DNA of 64,000 nucleotides from the sequence record OM982647. The stretch is one strand, 5' to 3'. Position 1 is the first letter of the stretch; each line of letters begins with the position of its first letter. Positions 60,152 through 64,000 of this stretch are shown one piece after another. This stretch comes from Escherichia phage ST2. The notes beneath the pieces were generated by a model that made no database searches, was not told the origin of the DNA, and saw nothing but the letters and a program-made list of their open reading frames with translations. The position numbers and the translations under genes are program-made.

Positions 60152-60259
60152 TCAAAGCTGCGGAGTTCGGCGTTCCTCGCTCTGGAGGTCAGCAAGCATA
60201 CGCTGTGCCATCTCCGTATCCAGCATCTCCAGCAGCTTGATTAAAGTCTTGTCGCTCAT
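60152..60259 (-). pseudogene. T7-like gene 18 (terminase small subunit) N-terminal fragment, truncated at the chimeric junction
   Basis: MSDKTLIKLLEMLDTEMAQRMLADLQSEERRTPQL then stop; preceded by AGGAGT ribosome-binding site; follows the holin gene as in T7. Confidence 0.5.
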
Positions 60260-60262
60260 AGG

Positions 60263-60466
60263 TTACTCCTTATTTGCACGTTTCCAGTCAATAATCTTAT
60301 CGACTACCTTGGCACCAATCTGAACCACTGTGTAGGCGATAGCTGCAACGTAGAACCATTCGTTGAGTGACAGACCCCAAAAGAGCCTTGCCACACCATC
60401 AGCGCCAGCCACGCCAGCAATCGGTGCAGCCTTTACGATTTCATTGTTAAAATCCAACGACAACAT
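60263..60466 (-). CDS. T7-like class II holin (gene 17.5)
   Basis: 67 aa; MLSLDFNNEIVKAAPIAGV...LSLNEWFYVAAIAYTVVQIGAKVVDKIIDWKRANKE closely matches recalled T7 gp17.5. Confidence 0.85.
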   Translation of the reverse strand: MLSLDFNNEIVKAAPIAGVAGADGVARLFWGLSLNEWFYVAAIAYTVVQIGAKVVDKIIDWKRANKE

Positions 60467-60503
60467 TGTGTCCTCCTAGTGTGAGCCATCCGTGGCCTTG
60501 TTA

Positions 60504-60890
60504 TTAATCCATGTTCTTAAGTTCAGCTAAGAGAGCCTTGAGGTCTTTCTCAATATCCTCTTTGGTTCTCGCATTGACTTCTTCTGGTTTCCTATAGAAC
60601 TTGGAGCCATCCCATAGAACAGTCCCAAGCGGTAAGTCTTCTGGATAAGAGTCCGTAACGATTACATCACCGTGTTCATATGGGGCATAGATGCCATTAA
60701 CGCTTCCCTTAGTGAACCAAGTAACATGACCAGACTCTTGTGTCCCAACCACGTATTTCTCGTCCCTATCGTCCAGTTCAGCCATCAGTTCATACCAATC
60801 TGTACCATCAGAACTCTTTACATCATAGAACTTAGTTCCAGTTTCAGGGTCGGAAACAACCTTAAACTCCCACTTCATGTATTTTCTCAT
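60504..60890 (-). CDS. hypothetical protein in T7-like block
   Basis: 128-aa ORF with AAGGAG ribosome-binding site between tail-fibre remnant and holin. Confidence 0.45.
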   Translation of the reverse strand: MRKYMKWEFKVVSDPETGTKFYDVKSSDGTDWYELMAELDDRDEKYVVGTQESGHVTWFTKGSVNGIYAPYEHGDVIVTDSYPEDLPLGTVLWDGSKFYRKPEEVNARTKEDIEKDLKALLAELKNMD

Positions 60891-60911
60891 TATACATTCT
60901 CCTTATAGTCA

Positions 60912-61620
60912 TCATTCAGTGACCGCCAATCGTCGAGTACCATTCATTGATACACTCCACAGCGGTGAATAGTAAGCGCCGTTAACGCCATGCCCTTGGT
61001 TAAGGTTTAGTCCTTGCAGAATGTGACCAGCGGGAGGGATGGCATCGTACCAACCACCCGGAATTGTAGTCATACTGCGTGCACCAATAACAAGGTTAGT
61101 CGTGAAGTTAGTCTTGCACCAAGTCGTCAAGAAGCCACCATACGCAGACCCCCGGATGTCACCATCACGAGTTAGAGAGAAACCTCTAGACACACTGATT
61201 GCGCCATTATAGTTGAAGTCAAACTGTGCCTCATCCTGTCCACTATTAAATACCCAAAGTCTAGCCAATGGCAGATTAGTAGAGCCTCCGCGAACACCAC
61301 CCAGCTTCCACCAGCAGTCGTACCAGTCACCATTAACAGCGTTAATGAAAGTCCCTTCACCACCAGTGTCCGTAATGAGCCTCATCTCGTTCCTTTCTGT
61401 TCCACCGATATAAACAGTGTGTGAGGTAAGTCCGTCCTTTGGTTTAGAGCGGAAAGCGCCATCGAATGTGTGAGCAGGTGCTTTATAGTCGATACCTACA
61501 GGTGCAACGGCGATTTCTGTTGAGCCGTGTCGAAGGCGCGTGTTTGTGCCAAAATCCACAGAACCACCGTTTCGTCTAGCCAATTGCTCTGGAGACAGAG
61601 CCGGGTGCCGTTGTGTTGCC
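60912..61620 (-). pseudogene. C-terminal portion of a podovirus tail-fibre-like protein (5'-truncated)
   Basis: Gly/Asn/Thr-rich beta-type sequence upstream of the holin in a gene 17-like position; N-terminal codons of the track ORF run into antisense of the gp16 fragment. Confidence 0.35.
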
Positions 61621-61633
61621 TCAAGGTCAAATC

Positions 61634-62992
61634 CTGAGCGACACCAACCCACTGAACCCTCAGACTCTTAGCGAGTTCGAGGCGGTCAACCCTGAGCGTG
61701 CCGCGCGTGGTATCTCTTTGAGTGGTTTCACTGAGATTGGCTTGAAGACTCTCCGCTCTGAGAACCCGACTGTTCGCTCCATTGCAAGTGACCTTGTGCG
61801 TTCTCCAACAGGGATGGAATCAGGCTCTAATGGTAAGTTCGGTGCGACAGCTTCTGACATTAAGGAGCGACTCCATGCGAACAACCAGCGCACCTACAAT
61901 CAGCTTTATGATGCTGTGCGTACTGCAATGAAAGACCCTGAGTTCTCCACAGGTGGTGCCACAATGAGCCGTAAGGAAATCCGACAGGAAATCTACAAGC
62001 GTGCAGCCTTGGCGATTGAGCGACCTGAGCTTCAAGCAAACCTGACAAAGGGTGAGCGGAACGTGATGAACATCCTCAAGCAGCACTTTGACCTCAAACG
62101 TGAAATCATGGAGAACCCGTCAATCTTCGGCAACACCAAGGCGGTCAGCATCTTCCCCGGCTCACGCCACAAGGGAACCTACGTGCCAAACGTGTACGAC
62201 CGCGCTATCAAGATTGAGATGGTTAAACGTTACGGTAATGATGGCTTGCAGCGAGCAATCGCGGAGTCATGGTTGACGTCTTATCGTGCTCGTCCAGAAG
62301 TCAAGGCGAGGGTCGATGAGTACCTGATGGAACTTAACGGTCTCAAATCCGTGCAGGAAGTTACGCCTGAGATGGTGCAGAAGCACGCGATGGATAAGGC
62401 GTATGGTATTTCACACACTGACCAGTTCTCTGCCTCCTCTGTCATTGATGATAAACTTGAGGGTCTGACGGGTATCGAGAACAACAACTTCTTGGAAGCC
62501 CGTAACATGTTCGACAGTGACATGGCGGTGACTCTCCCTGATGGTAACACGTTCTCTGTGAATGACCTGCGTACCTATGACATGGCTGACATTCTGCCTG
62601 CATATGACCGCCGAGTTGATGGGGATGTTGCAATCATGGGTGGTTCCGGTAAGACTACCAAAGACCTGAAAGATGAAATCATGGCGCTGGATGCGCAGTC
62701 AGAGGGCAACGGCACATTGAAAGGTGAAGTGGAAGCTCTCAAGGACACCGTGAAGATTCTGACTGGTCGTGCTCGTAGGAACCCGGAAGGCGCTTGGGGC
62801 ACAGCCCTGCGCTCCGTCAATGACCTTACGTTCTTCGCTAAGAACGCCTACATGGGTGCGCAGAACCTTACTGAAATCGCTGGTATGCTGGCGAAAGGTA
62901 ACGTCTCTGCGATAACTCATGGCATCCCTATGATTAACGATTGGGTCAACCGTGGTAAACCGCTTCGTGCCTCTGAGATTAATACGTCATAG
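61634..62992 (+). pseudogene. internal fragment of T7-like gp16 (internal virion protein D), truncated at both ends
   Basis: NPLNPQTLSEFEAVNPERAARGI...VRSPTGMESGSNGKFGATASDI...AIMGGSGKTTKDLKDEI...FFAKNAYMGAQNLTEIAG matches the middle of recalled T7 gp16; no lytic-transglycosylase N-terminus or C-terminus. Confidence 0.8.
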
Positions 62993-63213
62993 CTCATAGG
63001 CTTACTGCCTCCTGTACGTCTTCTCGTTGATAACTTTGCTTCACGCTCTTTGTTTGCGGGTACTCGATGTTCACACACGAAGCACCATTCATGCCCGTCA
63101 GAGTACACAGAGTTACCATCAGAAGACCCACAGTTTTCACATGGAGCATGAAACAGAAAGATACTATCGTCTTCTCGTTCCATTGTACATTCCTTAATCA
63201 GTTGCGAGAACAA
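62982..63213 (-). pseudogene. T7-like gp4 primase-helicase N-terminal zinc-ribbon fragment, truncated after about 77 codons
   Basis: IFLFHAPCENCGSSDGNSVYSDGHEWCFVCEH matches T7 gp4 N-terminus; similarity ends where the gp16 fragment begins. Confidence 0.8.
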
Positions 63214-63228
63214 AGGGAAACCGTTAAG

Positions 63229-63251
63229 TCTCCCTTTAGTGAGTGTTAATT
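63229..63251 (-). promoter_or_regulatory. T3-type single-subunit RNA polymerase promoter AATTAACACTCACTAAAGGGAGA
   Basis: one mismatch to recalled T3 consensus AATTAACCCTCACTAAAGGGAGA; between gene 3.5 and gene 4 remnants. Confidence 0.55.
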
Positions 63252-63361
63252 ATTCCTCGGTGTGTTCCTCCGCCTTGATTGGGTCTTTGCACTGACACTG
63301 ACGTGACGGTACACGACTCTTCAACGGCTTATCACAGCGAATACAAATCATCCTCATGGTA

Positions 63362-63817
63362 TCACCCTCGGTCAGATGTAACCAGTTCGTTCTTCTCCCA
63401 CCAGCGCTTCAAGTCGAAGGACGGGCAGGCTTTGGGTGCAACGTCATGGTGAGCACGAAGGACTGAACCCTCATACTTCACCAGCAGCGTGACCAGCAGA
63501 CTACGCAGCGCTTGCATTTGCGCAGGTGTAAAGTTGGCGTCGAACTTGCCTTTATCATCAATCCCACCCACGAGGCATACGCCTACGGAGTTGTGGTTGT
63601 AACCTTTAACGTGGGAACCTACAGCCAGTTCATCGCGGCCTGCTTCCACAGTGCCATCACGCTTGATGATGAAGTGATATCCTACGTCTAACCAGCCCTG
63701 CTCTTTGTGCCACTGACGAATCTCACGAACGCCAATGTTCTGGCTTGGCTTGGTTGCTGAGCAATGCACAAAGATTGCCTCCGTGGTTTCTCGTGGTTTG
63801 AATTGAACTTTAGCCAT
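63362..63817 (-). CDS. T7-like lysozyme / N-acetylmuramoyl-L-alanine amidase (gene 3.5)
   Basis: 151 aa; AIFVHCSATKPSQN, GYHFIIKRDGTVEAGRD, APKACPSFDLKRWWEKNELVTSDRG match recalled T7 gp3.5 at roughly 90 percent. Confidence 0.9.
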   Translation of the reverse strand: MAKVQFKPRETTEAIFVHCSATKPSQNIGVREIRQWHKEQGWLDVGYHFIIKRDGTVEAGRDELAVGSHVKGYNHNSVGVCLVGGIDDKGKFDANFTPAQMQALRSLLVTLLVKYEGSVLRAHHDVAPKACPSFDLKRWWEKNELVTSDRG

Positions 63818-63989
63818 TTTTCTTTACTCCTTTCTTAGTCTTAAATTTATCGAACGGAACCTCCTTCTTGGGTTCTTTGAGCCACTCCACCGGAATTAGC
63901 TTGTCAGCAAACAGAATGCCATGCTTCTCACACCACTCGGCGTAGCTTGTCGGACTACCCTTGTAGAGCTTTGAGCGGCTGCTTGTGCT
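63810..63989 (-). pseudogene. T7-like endonuclease I (gene 3) C-terminal fragment
   Basis: KLYKGSPTSY..CEKHGI.FADKLIP.EW.KEPKKEVPFD matches T7 gp3 C-terminus; overlaps gene 3.5 start; in-frame TAG at about 63990..63992 then window ends. Confidence 0.6.
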
Positions 63990-64000
63990 CTAGTTTCTAC

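Noticed and set aside
61660-63249. Numerous short ORFs on both strands in 61660..63249 (e.g. 61660..61893, 61820..62086, 62281..62550, 62442..62633, 62575..62820, 62699..62920, 63067..63249)
   Set aside because: They overlap the gp16 and gp4 fragments in other frames or on the opposite strand and arise from the higher-GC T7-like sequence; translations are Arg/Cys/Ser-rich and implausible.

Overview
About 60.1 kb of this window (1..~60148) is a T4-like (Tevenvirinae) myovirus genome segment in T4 GenBank orientation, running from rIII/gene 31 through the replication and nucleotide-metabolism block, the long-tail-fibre operon 34-38 (plus strand), the early region, and on to uvsX. The last ~3.85 kb (60149..64000) is different: higher GC and made of T3/T7-like podovirus gene fragments in scrambled order and orientation, so the window is chimeric, most likely from co-assembly of two phages. 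All identifications are from reading the translated ORFs and motifs against recalled T4/T7 proteins; no database search was run, and coordinates of short motifs are approximate (within a few nt). The genes point to hydroxymethyl-cytosine DNA (alc, denA, gene 56, cd), but the T4 bgt slot after uvsX holds a P-loop protein and an unknown 299-aa protein instead, and a glycosyltransferase-like gene sits between rIIA.1 and the fused topoisomerase gene 39/60. Together these are my best candidate for an undescribed DNA sugar-modification system. Other accessory features are a host-like DAHP synthase next to cd, a T2-type tail-fibre tip (gp37 C-terminal chaperone domain plus glycine-rich gp38 adhesin), a cluster of secreted/lipoprotein ORFs between primase 61 and helicase 41, and a 66-bp duplicated promoter-leader cassette at motA. 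nrdB and td are intronless, no homing endonucleases, tRNAs, CRISPR or integrase were seen, and dam appears absent at its T4 position.
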